This document shows, one piece after another, positions 10,824-20,709 of a stretch of 64,000 bases of DNA (its first letter is position 1; each line of letters begins with the position of its first letter). Source of the DNA: Candidatus Omnitrophota bacterium (GTDB lineage: Bacteria; Omnitrophota; Gorgyraeia; Duberdicusellales; 4484-171); contig JBAWWL010000001.1 in assembly GCA_037146775.1 (NCBI GenBank), forward strand, positions 325,464-389,463, written 5' to 3'. A program made the position numbers and the translations under genes. The notes beneath the pieces were generated by a model. It worked only from the letters and a program-made list of their open reading frames with translations. It had not been told where the DNA came from and searched no databases.

Positions 10824-11399
10824 ATGAATCTTACTTGTCCCAAAAAAGAAGCTTTGCTTCTTGATGATAAGATCGCAAAACTTGCGAAAGAATTGTTAAC
10901 TGATGAACAAATTAAATTAGCTGATAGCCTCTCTCAAGCGATGGTGTCTTCAAAAGCGAAAAGAACCGAAGCCGTAATGAAATTGCAAAAAATTGTAGGA
11001 ATGAAACCCAAGAGACCAATGTATTATATGAATTGGGAACTAAATTACTTGCCAAGATGGACAAGAAACTCTACAAAATATTTAGGGGACTATATTGACC
11101 TTTTAGTAAAAATATTTGTGGCAGATAAGCTAAAAGACGAAAAATATAAATCGGTCTCTTTGGGAGCAAACCTAAAATATATGCCTAATATTATGCCTGA
11201 AGAGATCATAACCGCACTCAGAACCTATAACGAATTAATATACGTTCCAGCAAAGCACGATTTTGAAGTAAAAAATAGGCGGCACAGGTTTACATGCAGA
11301 GAAGTAGTATATGCCTGTTTAATAACAATGGAACTGGGCAAAAGAATTATTCCGCTCTCACAAAAAGTAAAAGATTGGACTGAAGATAAAAGAAATTAG
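10824..11399 (+). CDS. Hypothetical protein inside the hsd operon, possibly HEPN-like
   Basis: 191-aa ORF with SD GAGGTGA; YNELIYVPAKH motif. Confidence 0.65.
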   Translation: MNLTCPKKEALLLDDKIAKLAKELLTDEQIKLADSLSQAMVSSKAKRTEAVMKLQKIVGMKPKRPMYYMNWELNYLPRWTRNSTKYLGDYIDLLVKIFVADKLKDEKYKSVSLGANLKYMPNIMPEEIITALRTYNELIYVPAKHDFEVKNRRHRFTCREVVYACLITMELGKRIIPLSQKVKDWTEDKRN

Positions 11400-11413
11400 A
11401 AGGTGGTATTTTT

Positions 11414-12898
11414 ATGAGTGATTCAAGACAATTGGTAGATAAGCTATGGAATTACTGCGACATATTGCGAGATGATGGGCTCTCGTATGGTGATTACGTT
11501 GAACAACTCACCTTCTTGCTATTTTTGAAGATGGATGATGAGAGGACAAAACCACCATACAGTAAGAAAAGTGACATTTCCAAAAACCTCAATTGGCAAA
11601 GCCTCCTTGAAAAGGATGGGGCAGAGCTAGAAACCCAATACATAAGGACGCTCACTGAGCTTGGTAAACAAGAAGGCATCATGGGCGTTATTTTTAGGAA
11701 GGCGCAGAACAGGATTCAAGACCCAGCCAAACTACGCAAGCTTATTGCTGACCTTATTGATAGGGAGAATTGGTTGAGTCTTGAGGTTGATGTTAAGGGT
11801 GATGCTTATGAGGGTTTGCTGGAGAAGAATGCTGCTGACGTTAAGGGTGGGGCAGGTCAATACTTTACGCCAAGGCCGCTAATAAACGCAATGGTTAGGG
11901 TTATGAAGCCAGAAGCGGGAATGAAGATTCATGATCCAGCATGCGGAACAGGAGGTTTCCTGCTTTCAGCATACAATTATATTGTCAAAAATCAGAAGCT
12001 TAACAAAGATGAAAAGCATGACCTCAAGCACCGTACATTTACGGGAAATGAGATTGTTCCGTTGGCTGCGCGTCTCTGCGTGATGAATCTTTATTTGCAT
12101 GGCGTGAATGGTGAGGAGTCTCCTATTAGCCCTGATGATTCTCTCAAAAAGAATCCGGGGGGCGTTTATCACATGGTTTTGACTAATCCGCCTTTCGGAA
12201 AAAAATCGTCAGAGAAGATTGTTACTGATGAAGGCAAGGCAGAGAGTCAGAGTCTCACTATTTTGCGGGACGATTTTTGGGCGCAGACAAGTAACAAGCA
12301 ACTCAACTTTCTTCAGCATGTGAGGAGCATTCTCAAAATCAACGGAAAAGCAGCAATAGTCCTGCCAGACAATGTATTATTTGAGGGTGGGGCTGGCGAG
12401 ACTGTTAGGAAGAAGCTGATGCAGACTTGCGACTTGCACACTATTCTGAGGCTTCCCACAGGTATTTTTTATGCGCAGGGAGTTAAGGCTAATGTTCTTT
12501 TCTTTGACAAGAAGGAAGCCTCAAAAGATAGTGCTACAAAGAAGGTGTGGATTTATGATTTGCGTACAAACATTCACTTCACGCTTAAGGAAAATAGGCT
12601 TAAAGAGGACGATTTGGAAGACTTCATCAAGTGCTTTAATCCAGATAATAGATTTGAGCGCAAACAGACCTATTCAGTAAAGAATCCTGATGCCAGATGG
12701 AGATGTTTCGAGATAGAAGAGCTTCTGAAAAGGGACAAGACGAACTTAGACATCTTTTGGGTTAAGGACGAGAGCCTAGACGACGTAGACAGCCTCCCAG
12801 AGCCAGGAATAATAGCAAACGAACTGGTAGAAGACCTACAAGACGCTTTGGAGCAATTAGAAGAGATAGCGGAAGACTTAGGTAAGAACAAGAAGTAG
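11414..12898 (+). CDS. hsdM: Type I R-M m6A methyltransferase subunit
   Basis: GQYFTPR, DPACGTGGFL, NPPF motifs. Confidence 0.95.
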   Translation: MSDSRQLVDKLWNYCDILRDDGLSYGDYVEQLTFLLFLKMDDERTKPPYSKKSDISKNLNWQSLLEKDGAELETQYIRTLTELGKQEGIMGVIFRKAQNRIQDPAKLRKLIADLIDRENWLSLEVDVKGDAYEGLLEKNAADVKGGAGQYFTPRPLINAMVRVMKPEAGMKIHDPACGTGGFLLSAYNYIVKNQKLNKDEKHDLKHRTFTGNEIVPLAARLCVMNLYLHGVNGEESPISPDDSLKKNPGGVYHMVLTNPPFGKKSSEKIVTDEGKAESQSLTILRDDFWAQTSNKQLNFLQHVRSILKINGKAAIVLPDNVLFEGGAGETVRKKLMQTCDLHTILRLPTGIFYAQGVKANVLFFDKKEASKDSATKKVWIYDLRTNIHFTLKENRLKEDDLEDFIKCFNPDNRFERKQTYSVKNPDARWRCFEIEELLKRDKTNLDIFWVKDESLDDVDSLPEPGIIANELVEDLQDALEQLEEIAEDLGKNKK

Positions 12899-13043
12899 TA
12901 TTTTTTGTCAAAAAGTACCATTTTTTTGAATAAGGTTTATAAAGAGAGTTCTATTACTCAGAGGAATTCATTGCAATCATTAAAGAAGCCAGAAGCAGAT
13001 ACAGGAAGGCCTTAATGCACTTAAGAGTTGAGAAATATAAAAG

Positions 13044-14387
13044 ATGAAATTTATTGATTTGTTTGCTGGTCTTGGGGGATTTCATGTAGCTCTACATAGC
13101 TTGGGGCACACTTGTGTTTTTGCTTCAGAGCTTGATGAAAGCTTAAGACAGCTTTATGACAAAAATTTTGGCTTTATGCCAAAAGGGGACATTCGTAAAA
13201 TCCGTATTAAGGAGATTCCGAGCCATGATATTCTCTGCGCGGGGTTTCCTTGTCAGCCATTCTCTAAAGCAGGAGAGCAGCAAGGTCTATCTTGTCCGAA
13301 GTGGGGTGACCTTTTCAATTATGTTATAAAAATTCTTCGTTATCATCAGCCGAAGTATTTCATACTTGAGAATGTTCCCAATCTTTCGCGCCACGATGGG
13401 GGTGAGACTTGGGATAAGATGAAAAGGAGGCTTAAGAACGCTGGATATTTCATTGATGACCATAGGTTGTCACCGCATCACTTTGGTATTCCCCAAGTTC
13501 GCGAGCGTATTTTCATCGTCGGTAGCATTTCAGGATTGAATGGGTTCTCATGGCCAGAAGTCAAGCGAGATGCTTCCATATCCATTGTGAATATGCTCAA
13601 AAAGAATCCCACTGATGCAAGGCAGCTATCTTCGCAAGTCATTAAATGCCTGAACGTGTGGCAGGATTTCATTCGTTGCTTTCCCAAGGACAAAGAACTG
13701 CCATCGTTTCCGATATGGTCGACGGAGTTTGGCGCAACGTACCCTTATGAAGACACAACTCCTTTTGCGATTGGTAATGCCGCTTTACGTAGCTATAGGG
13801 GGAATCATGGGAAGAGGCTCAAATCCGTAGCTCCCAAGGATAGGTTGGCGTTGCTGCCATCTTACGCCCGTGTGGAAGAGAAAAAGTTTCCTGATTGGAA
13901 AATCCAATTCATTCGTCAGAATCGTGAGTTGTACAGACAGCATAAGAAGTGGATAAACAAATGGAAGCCGAAGATTTTGAAGTTCCCATCAAGCCTGCAG
14001 AAGCTTGAATGGAACTGTAAGGGAGAAGTTCGAGATATCTGGAAGTACGTGATACAATTCCGTGCATCGGGTGTCCGCATAAAAAGACCAACCAGTTCAC
14101 CATCGCTTATTGCGATGACTTCGACGCAAGTTCCAATTATTGCATGGGAGAAAAGATATATGACGCCGAGGGAATGTGCATATCTCCAAAGTTTCGGTGA
14201 CTTGTTACACCTTCCAGAATCAGACACAAGAGCTTTTAAAGCCCTTGGAAATGCCGTAAATACAGATGTTGTCAAAATGGTTGCAGGCTCGCTCATTCCA
14301 AAGGCTAAGACGACAAAGTCACAATATCCCCTTAGTCCAGGATCTCAATCTTCTGACCGTATGCCTGAGGAATTGGTGGAGGTATAA
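13044..14387 (+). CDS. dcm: DNA (cytosine-5)-methyltransferase
   Basis: DLFAGLGG, GFPCQPFS, ENV, QxRxR, LGNAV motifs. Confidence 0.93.
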   Translation: MKFIDLFAGLGGFHVALHSLGHTCVFASELDESLRQLYDKNFGFMPKGDIRKIRIKEIPSHDILCAGFPCQPFSKAGEQQGLSCPKWGDLFNYVIKILRYHQPKYFILENVPNLSRHDGGETWDKMKRRLKNAGYFIDDHRLSPHHFGIPQVRERIFIVGSISGLNGFSWPEVKRDASISIVNMLKKNPTDARQLSSQVIKCLNVWQDFIRCFPKDKELPSFPIWSTEFGATYPYEDTTPFAIGNAALRSYRGNHGKRLKSVAPKDRLALLPSYARVEEKKFPDWKIQFIRQNRELYRQHKKWINKWKPKILKFPSSLQKLEWNCKGEVRDIWKYVIQFRASGVRIKRPTSSPSLIAMTSTQVPIIAWEKRYMTPRECAYLQSFGDLLHLPESDTRAFKALGNAVNTDVVKMVAGSLIPKAKTTKSQYPLSPGSQSSDRMPEELVEV

Positions 14388-15959
14388 ATGGAAGCAAAGA
14401 GAGAAGCAAAAACAAAAGGAATTGATGAACTTAAAACAGTAATCATCAGGCCAGGTGTAAGCATGCTTTCGGTGCTGCGGCATCTGAATTATCGGCCGTG
14501 GTTTGCTATCGCAGAATTTGTTGATAATTCGCTGGAAAGCTTTATGAGACACAAAGAAGCGCTTCGAAAAGCTGATGTGAATAATCAAAGCCTGCATGTT
14601 GTGATTGAGTATGATCCGAGAGATGGAGGAAGGATTGTTGTGCGTGATAATGCGGCTGGAATCTATGAGTCAGAGTATGCGCGTGCTTTCAGACCAGCGG
14701 AGATTCCTCCAGATCGATCAGGATTAGCCGAATTTGGCATGGGAATGAAGAGCGCAGCTTGCTGGTTTTCACAAAATTGGTCGGTGAGAACTTCAGCGCT
14801 TGGAGAGAATGTCGAGCGTACCGTTTCTTTTGATATTTCAAAAATTGTCAGAGATAACATCGAGGAATTGACCATCACATCTAAGCCGATAAACGCAAAT
14901 GCTCACTTCACTGAAATTACTCTTCAGGGTTTGCATAGACCTCCTCAGACCCGCACCCTAGGAAAAATAAAAGAGCACTTGGCAAGCATATATCGGGTGT
15001 TTGTCCGAGAGGGATTGCTGACACTTACTTTTGATGGAGAGCCGTTAATCTACTTTGAGCCAAAAGTTCTGAAAGCTCCGTACTACAAAAAGCCCCAAAG
15101 CGATTCAGTGCTCTGGCGTAAAAAAATTGATTTTGACTTTGGCAGTGGTCAAAAAGCCAAGGGATTCGCAGCACTCCGAGACACAGCTTCGACAACCCAC
15201 GCAGGGTTTGCCCTATTCAGAAGAAATCGGCTTATTCAAGGCAGTTGCGATGAAGGATACCGGCCAGAAGTTATCTTTGGCCGCCCTAATAGCTATCGTT
15301 ATCAGCGTCTTTTCGGAGAGCTTCACCTTGAGGGATTTGATGTTAGCCATACAAAAGATGGGTTTCGTTGGGAGGAGCACGAGGATGTGTTTCTTTCTCT
15401 GCTGAAAGAGTTCCTTGACCAGGAACCACTGCCTTTACTTGCGCAAGCAGAAGGCTTTCGTGTAAGGCCTAAGCGTAACGCAATTAAACAAGCAGCTGAG
15501 CAGGCGGTGAATGAAACGGCAGAGGCTATAGCAGCGAAAGGTGCTGAAGCTATGAATACCGCTTCTGCAGAGGCGGCTCTGAGAGATCAGCCTCTTGCCA
15601 AATCTCAACGGTCGGCTCATATCATAGCTCAGCAAGTAGTGAAAGAGGTCGAGTGGCGATCAAAGCGTTGGCGTATAACCATTGATCTTATCGACGATCC
15701 GGGAGTCGGAGATTGGCTAACTTTAACTGGCGACCTCGAATCTGAAGCAAAAGGCCAAATTGGTATTCGTTTGTCGCTCGCTCATCCATTTATGGAACGA
15801 TTTGAGGGTTCAAGCGGAGAGTCAATCGAAGCTCTTCTTCGTTTAGCCGTTGCTATTGCCCTTAGTGAAGTTGCTGCTAGGGCCACCGGAGTCAGACGAG
15901 CCAGCGTAATTAGGAGAAGCGTGAACGAAATCTTGAGGGATTGCTTATCAAGTCCTTAA
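14388..15959 (+). CDS. MORC-type GHKL ATPase (HATPase_c_3)
   Basis: AIAEFVDNS, DNAAGI, FGMGMKSA Bergerat-fold motifs. Confidence 0.85.
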   Translation: MEAKREAKTKGIDELKTVIIRPGVSMLSVLRHLNYRPWFAIAEFVDNSLESFMRHKEALRKADVNNQSLHVVIEYDPRDGGRIVVRDNAAGIYESEYARAFRPAEIPPDRSGLAEFGMGMKSAACWFSQNWSVRTSALGENVERTVSFDISKIVRDNIEELTITSKPINANAHFTEITLQGLHRPPQTRTLGKIKEHLASIYRVFVREGLLTLTFDGEPLIYFEPKVLKAPYYKKPQSDSVLWRKKIDFDFGSGQKAKGFAALRDTASTTHAGFALFRRNRLIQGSCDEGYRPEVIFGRPNSYRYQRLFGELHLEGFDVSHTKDGFRWEEHEDVFLSLLKEFLDQEPLPLLAQAEGFRVRPKRNAIKQAAEQAVNETAEAIAAKGAEAMNTASAEAALRDQPLAKSQRSAHIIAQQVVKEVEWRSKRWRITIDLIDDPGVGDWLTLTGDLESEAKGQIGIRLSLAHPFMERFEGSSGESIEALLRLAVAIALSEVAARATGVRRASVIRRSVNEILRDCLSSP

Positions 15960-15983
15960 TATTTGCCAAGTGGGGGTGTTTAA

Positions 15984-18221
15984 ATGACAGATGATACACA
16001 AGCAGAGCATATTGAGATGATTCCTGAAGCCCTTCCTCCAGGGTTGCAGTGGCAACCTGTGATCGGGGAAGAAACACATAGGCTTATGGAGCACTTAGCA
16101 TCAGAGTTAGATAATACAGAGGCTCGCCAGCGTATTCAGCAATCAGCAGCCTCAGCACTCGGACGATGCACTCCTCCGAATCAGCCGGGAGGGACGACTG
16201 GCTTGGTGCTTGGCCAAATTCAGAGTGGTAAGACCATGTCATTCACGACGCTAACTTCGATTGCTCGGGATAATGGATACCGCATGGTGATAGTAATTAC
16301 AGGTTCGACGGTAGCTCTTTTGAAGCAGTCTGTTGACCGGATCAGGCGTGATCTTGGAATCGAAAGTGGAAATCGAGGATGGAGGCATATTCGTATTGAA
16401 CGCGCTGGAACGCCTGATATTCAGTCGATCACCTCTGCTCTTAATGAATGGACAGATCCAGATGTTCCTCCATCGGAGCGCCGAACAGTGCTCGTAACAG
16501 TGCTGAAACAGCACAATAATCTTTCTCGTCTAACAGAAGCTTTACGGCAAATCAATCTAGATAGTGTACCTACACTCATCATTGACGACGAAGCAGACCA
16601 AGCTAGTTTAAATTCCCAAGTCCTAAATAATAATCAGAGCACTACATATATGAGGCTTTTAGAGTTGCGCGATGCTGTTCCAAGGCATACCTTTGTGCAA
16701 TACACTGCCACTCCCCAAGCTTTGATGCTCATCAATATCATTGATACTCTATCACCAAGATTTATCAATGTTCTTGAAGCAGGGCAAGGATACCGGGGAG
16801 GATATGACTTCTTCGAACAGTATAGAGTCCAAGTCATACGTGAGATTCCCTCAGCAGAACTTCCGACACGCCAACAGCCACTTCAAGAGCCACCACAGAG
16901 CTTTTTTGAAGCTCTCCGTCTCTTTTTTGTTGGGGTTTCTGCAGGATATTGTCGTGGTGAGCAAGGTAACCGATCTATGATGATCCATCCTTCCAGGACT
17001 ACCAACGAGCACACAATTTATCAGCATTGGGTACAGCAAACAAAAGAAGAGTGGGAGCGCCTTTTGAGACTTCCTGATGATGATCAAAGTAAACAAGAGC
17101 TTCTGGACGAATTTCGGCAAGCTGCTGCTGATCTTCGGACAACTGAGCCTAACCTACCTCCTGATAATGAACTTTTAGGAAACAGATTAAGGTTTGCTGT
17201 TAATCGATCACAAGTACAAGTGCTGAACGCACGCGGTGGGAGAACTCCCCAGGTAGATTGGGGTGGAGAGTACGGTTTGATTTTGATAGGTGGGACTGTG
17301 CTGGATCGCGGCTTTACCATTAGAGGTCTGACAGTGACCTATATGCCACGTCCGCTAGGGGGTGGGATGGCAGATACTTTACAGCAGCGTGGCCGATTTT
17401 TTGGGTACCGAGCTTCTTACTTTGGGCTTTGTCGTGTATTTTTACCCAGGGATGTTATTGATGCTTTTCGTGCATATGTGGAGCATGAGCATGATCTTCG
17501 AGATAGGCTATTGGGTTTTGAGCAAAACGGTCGTCCTCTTACAGAATGGCCTCGAATGTTTATTCTTGACCCTAGCCTTAGGCCAACAAGGGATAGCATC
17601 ATTGATATCGCATATCGCTGGGGAATTATTGGAAATGATTGGTCATGGCCAAGGAGTCCCCATGTCACTGCAGAGTCCAGCGCTAGCAACACTCAAGTAA
17701 TAGATGCGTTTACAAGCAATGTGGCGTTCCAGGAAGATGAAGGGAATCCGCAAAGAACAGAGCACCAAAAACATCTAGTTACCACCGGCCTTGAGTTGCG
17801 CATGGTACTCCATGATTTATTGATGAAGTTTCAGTTTCGTAGCATCGAGGACTCCAGGCAGTTTACTGCAGTTCTCTCGCTTCTACAAAGAATTGTAGAG
17901 CAGAACGCGAATGCTTCGGCAAGTGTATATCTTATGAGTGGACGAAGAACCCGTGAGAGACGCGTGGACAGTGAGGATCGGTTGGGAAAAGTATCGACTC
18001 TTTTCCAAGGAGCCCATCCGAGCGTAAGCGGGCCTCGTCGTGGCTCAATATACCCAGGGGATGCTGCTATAAAAGCTTCACAAGGCGTGACAGTGCAGAT
18101 TCACACCCTCAAAATAATTCGAGAGAATGGTGAGCAACGCGAGAACGTTCCAGCAATTGCTGTTTGGATTCCTAATGATTTAGCGCGGCCTATCCTCATC
18201 CAACCACAAGGAGGAGCATAA
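15984..18221 (+). CDS. Z1-domain SF2 helicase-like protein
   Basis: GQIQSGKT, IIDDEAD, YTATP, SMMIHPS, LDRGFTIRGL, DTLQQRGRFFGYR. Confidence 0.88.
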   Translation: MTDDTQAEHIEMIPEALPPGLQWQPVIGEETHRLMEHLASELDNTEARQRIQQSAASALGRCTPPNQPGGTTGLVLGQIQSGKTMSFTTLTSIARDNGYRMVIVITGSTVALLKQSVDRIRRDLGIESGNRGWRHIRIERAGTPDIQSITSALNEWTDPDVPPSERRTVLVTVLKQHNNLSRLTEALRQINLDSVPTLIIDDEADQASLNSQVLNNNQSTTYMRLLELRDAVPRHTFVQYTATPQALMLINIIDTLSPRFINVLEAGQGYRGGYDFFEQYRVQVIREIPSAELPTRQQPLQEPPQSFFEALRLFFVGVSAGYCRGEQGNRSMMIHPSRTTNEHTIYQHWVQQTKEEWERLLRLPDDDQSKQELLDEFRQAAADLRTTEPNLPPDNELLGNRLRFAVNRSQVQVLNARGGRTPQVDWGGEYGLILIGGTVLDRGFTIRGLTVTYMPRPLGGGMADTLQQRGRFFGYRASYFGLCRVFLPRDVIDAFRAYVEHEHDLRDRLLGFEQNGRPLTEWPRMFILDPSLRPTRDSIIDIAYRWGIIGNDWSWPRSPHVTAESSASNTQVIDAFTSNVAFQEDEGNPQRTEHQKHLVTTGLELRMVLHDLLMKFQFRSIEDSRQFTAVLSLLQRIVEQNANASASVYLMSGRRTRERRVDSEDRLGKVSTLFQGAHPSVSGPRRGSIYPGDAAIKASQGVTVQIHTLKIIRENGEQRENVPAIAVWIPNDLARPILIQPQGGA

Positions 18222-18326
18222 ATAACCGGGTGCTGAAGAATTAAGGTTGGAAAGTATTAAGAGTATGGGAGTCAACTGTCTTGAATCATCCCAAAATGGT
18301 CTCTCAAAAAGTAATAAAGGCATTAA

Positions 18327-19475
18327 ATGGAAGAAGAATTTAATACTAATAGTGGCGAACAACAAACAAGAAGTATAGAACCTAAAATTGCTAATCCGAA
18401 TCAGCGACGAGGAGCTGAACAGCACTCACTTGAATTACGTTATGAAGTTTTGGAACGTTTCTTGTTTGATGGTTGGACTCATAGAGAGTTGCAAAAGAAA
18501 GTTTTGCAAATTCCTGCTCCAAAGCACGGCGGTGGATTTGAAGCTATGTATATTCTACATTGTTTCGGATTTGGTGGTGACGATACACGAGGGCTTTTGG
18601 CAAGAGTCAAGTCCTATGATGATTTTCAAAAATTGATTCGATTTCAGTTGTCAACATTTTCTCCGGAGCAGCAGGATGCAGTTCGACAAGTTTGGCGTAG
18701 ACATTTAGGGTCAATGAAGGAAGAGGAGGTAATTGCGGTTCAAACGTCTTCGAATGATAAAACAAACAGCGATGAGGACTGGTCTGATTCAGAGATTAAG
18801 GAATCGGTAAAGGCATATCTTTGGATGCTCGGCTGCGAAAAAAATGGGAAGTCGTATAACAAAAGCGCTGTTAATAAATCATTGCGGGAGGGAGTGTTAT
18901 CCAAGAGAACTCATGGTTCCATAGAGTATAGGATGGAGAATATATCAGCTACATTGGCGGAGTTGTGTCTTCCTTGGATTGAAGGTTATAAACCGCACGG
19001 AAATGTCGGGAGCGGAGTTAAAAAGAAGATTGTTAAAGTGCTTGATGAATTGGGTGTTGTTAGTGCTGAAGATTATTCCCCAACTAACAAGCTAGAAGTT
19101 TTGGATGAGCGTTCACGAAGGCTTCTAAAAATAGATTTTGTCGGTGAACCTGCCGGCAATATTTCTCCGATAAAAACAGAGACAGTGTCTTATCAATATG
19201 TTCGTGATCCGCTGGTTAAAGCATGGATTTTGAGAAATGCGATTGGTCATTGTGAATTATGTAAGAGCCCTGCACCGTTTGTCATGCCGGACGGAATTCC
19301 ATACCTTGAAATTCACCACGTTAAGCCTCTTTCGGAAGATGGTCACGATACGATAAATAATGCTGTCGCACTGTGTCCGAACTGTCATAAAAAATGCCAT
19401 CTGAGTAAAGATAAAAAAGAAGCCGCAGAGGCTCTTTATAACAATATTAGAAGACTTCAAAGAACAAGTGAATAA
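18327..19475 (+). CDS. HNH endonuclease with McrA-like C-terminal domain
   Basis: CELC...YLEIHHVKPL...NAVALCPNCH. Confidence 0.85.
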   Translation: MEEEFNTNSGEQQTRSIEPKIANPNQRRGAEQHSLELRYEVLERFLFDGWTHRELQKKVLQIPAPKHGGGFEAMYILHCFGFGGDDTRGLLARVKSYDDFQKLIRFQLSTFSPEQQDAVRQVWRRHLGSMKEEEVIAVQTSSNDKTNSDEDWSDSEIKESVKAYLWMLGCEKNGKSYNKSAVNKSLREGVLSKRTHGSIEYRMENISATLAELCLPWIEGYKPHGNVGSGVKKKIVKVLDELGVVSAEDYSPTNKLEVLDERSRRLLKIDFVGEPAGNISPIKTETVSYQYVRDPLVKAWILRNAIGHCELCKSPAPFVMPDGIPYLEIHHVKPLSEDGHDTINNAVALCPNCHKKCHLSKDKKEAAEALYNNIRRLQRTSE

Positions 19476-19485
19476 AGAAATACAC

Positions 19486-19758
19486 TTACCCCTTCATTAA
19501 TTCCTGCCGTATTTCTTCTCCTGCCTGTGTTAGTTGGTATATTCTTCCTCTTTTGTTTTGTGGGTTTATGCATATTGCGATGCCTTGTTTTTGGAAGGCT
19601 CTTAGGGTGTCGCTTGTGTGGTTGAGGCTTATTTTTGGGCTGTAGTCTTTGCTTTTTTTGTGCACCTGACAGGGCGCCATTGGCTTTTCGAGGGCTCTTA
19701 GTATTGCTGTCCGTCTTGAACCGCCAAGTATCCACGCGAATAGGTAAACGTCCACCAT
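19486..19758 (-). CDS. Winged-helix (MarR/ArsR-like) transcriptional regulator, archaeal mobile-element type
   Basis: RRTAILRAL...SDTLRAF...INPQNKRGRIYQLTQAG. Confidence 0.75.
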   Translation of the reverse strand: MVDVYLFAWILGGSRRTAILRALEKPMAPCQVHKKSKDYSPKISLNHTSDTLRAFQKQGIAICINPQNKRGRIYQLTQAGEEIRQELMKG

Positions 19759-19802
19759 CTTTTTTTATATTTATAAATGGCGTGATGGCGTTAATAATTT
19801 TG

Positions 19803-19841
19803 CACCTTTTTTACACCTTTAGAGCGGGTGGTATTTGGGTA
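19803..19841. repeat. Dyad site 1: CACC-N7-CACC-N9-GGTG-N7-GGTA
   Basis: Lies between divergent genes; each half is followed by a TATA-like motif. Confidence 0.7.
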
Positions 19842-19878
19842 TAAAGTTTTTATATGTCGCCGTCACTACTCCTTAGTC

Positions 19879-20067
19879 ATGGATGAAAGAAAATATTTAC
19901 GCAAAGCCAAAAGGGAAGGATTTGCCACAATAGAAGACTACATCAAAGCCAACCTGCATTATTTGCCAAAAGAAAAAAGAGAACTATTCTGCAACCTAAC
20001 AGGATACAAACCCCAACAACCCAACGAAAACAAAAATTACGGAGGCGAATACAATGGCAAAAATTAA
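19879..20067 (+). CDS. Small hypothetical protein (62 aa)
   Basis: ATG about 25 nt after AAAGTTTTTATA; no SD. Confidence 0.55.
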   Translation: MDERKYLRKAKREGFATIEDYIKANLHYLPKEKRELFCNLTGYKPQQPNENKNYGGEYNGKN

Positions 20068-20203
20068 CATCAGCCTCCGAATCAAACCAGCCCACCACAA
20101 CGCAATCAAACAAGAAATAAAAAAAGGAAAAACACTCACAAGCGTATTCGAAGAAATGCTAGACGAACGATTCCCAGTAACCTCACAACTAATCAGAAAT
20201 TAA
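20054..20203 (+). CDS. Small ribbon-helix-helix (CopG-like) protein, 49 aa, not in ORF track
   Basis: SD GGAGG at 20041; MAKINISLRIKPAHHNAIKQEIKKGKTLTSVFEEMLDERF. Confidence 0.6.
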   Translation: MAKINISLRIKPAHHNAIKQEIKKGKTLTSVFEEMLDERFPVTSQLIRN

Positions 20204-20256
20204 AGGGGCGGTAGGGGGGCAAAACTATTTATAGCTAAACAATATTAGTAGTCGCT

Positions 20257-20709
20257 ATGAAATGGGTGTGCATATCTTGGGGGTTACTTGTCTTATCTTT
20301 TATGTCCTTTGTGATTAGTGGTTGTTCTTCATCACAGAATTCTTCAGTGTTTTCTAATTCCAGCGGCGTATTAGGATGCACCCAATTCAAAGTTATTGGA
20401 GAGCATAAATATAAGGGTTCAGTTCGTATCGATATAGATTTTTATAACAATTGTTCTAAAAATGTGAGCATATACCTCTTTGATGTGATAGACCAAGAAA
20501 ACAATGTATATAGCTTAAATCATCAAACTTGGGTTTCAGCTGTTAACTGTTTTCCGACAATACTTAATCCAAACCAACATGCAATAGGTCATTTTGGGAC
20601 TTTCTCTAACGAAAGCATATACAGTACAACTGTATCGCTAAACAAATGGTATGTATCATACGATGGAAAAGAAGAAGATTGTTGGCAGATTTATAAAAGG
20701 TTAGGATGA
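20257..20709 (+). CDS. Putative lipoprotein/secreted protein
   Basis: Hydrophobic N-terminus ending ISGC. Confidence 0.6.
   Translation: MKWVCISWGLLVLSFMSFVISGCSSSQNSSVFSNSSGVLGCTQFKVIGEHKYKGSVRIDIDFYNNCSKNVSIYLFDVIDQENNVYSLNHQTWVSAVNCFPTILNPNQHAIGHFGTFSNESIYSTTVSLNKWYVSYDGKEEDCWQIYKRLG

Noticed and set aside
20203-20233. GGGGCG-N7-GGCA-AAAC-TATTTATA as a seventh dyad site (likewise ~29219-29245)
   Set aside because: Only weak half-site similarity and no left half.
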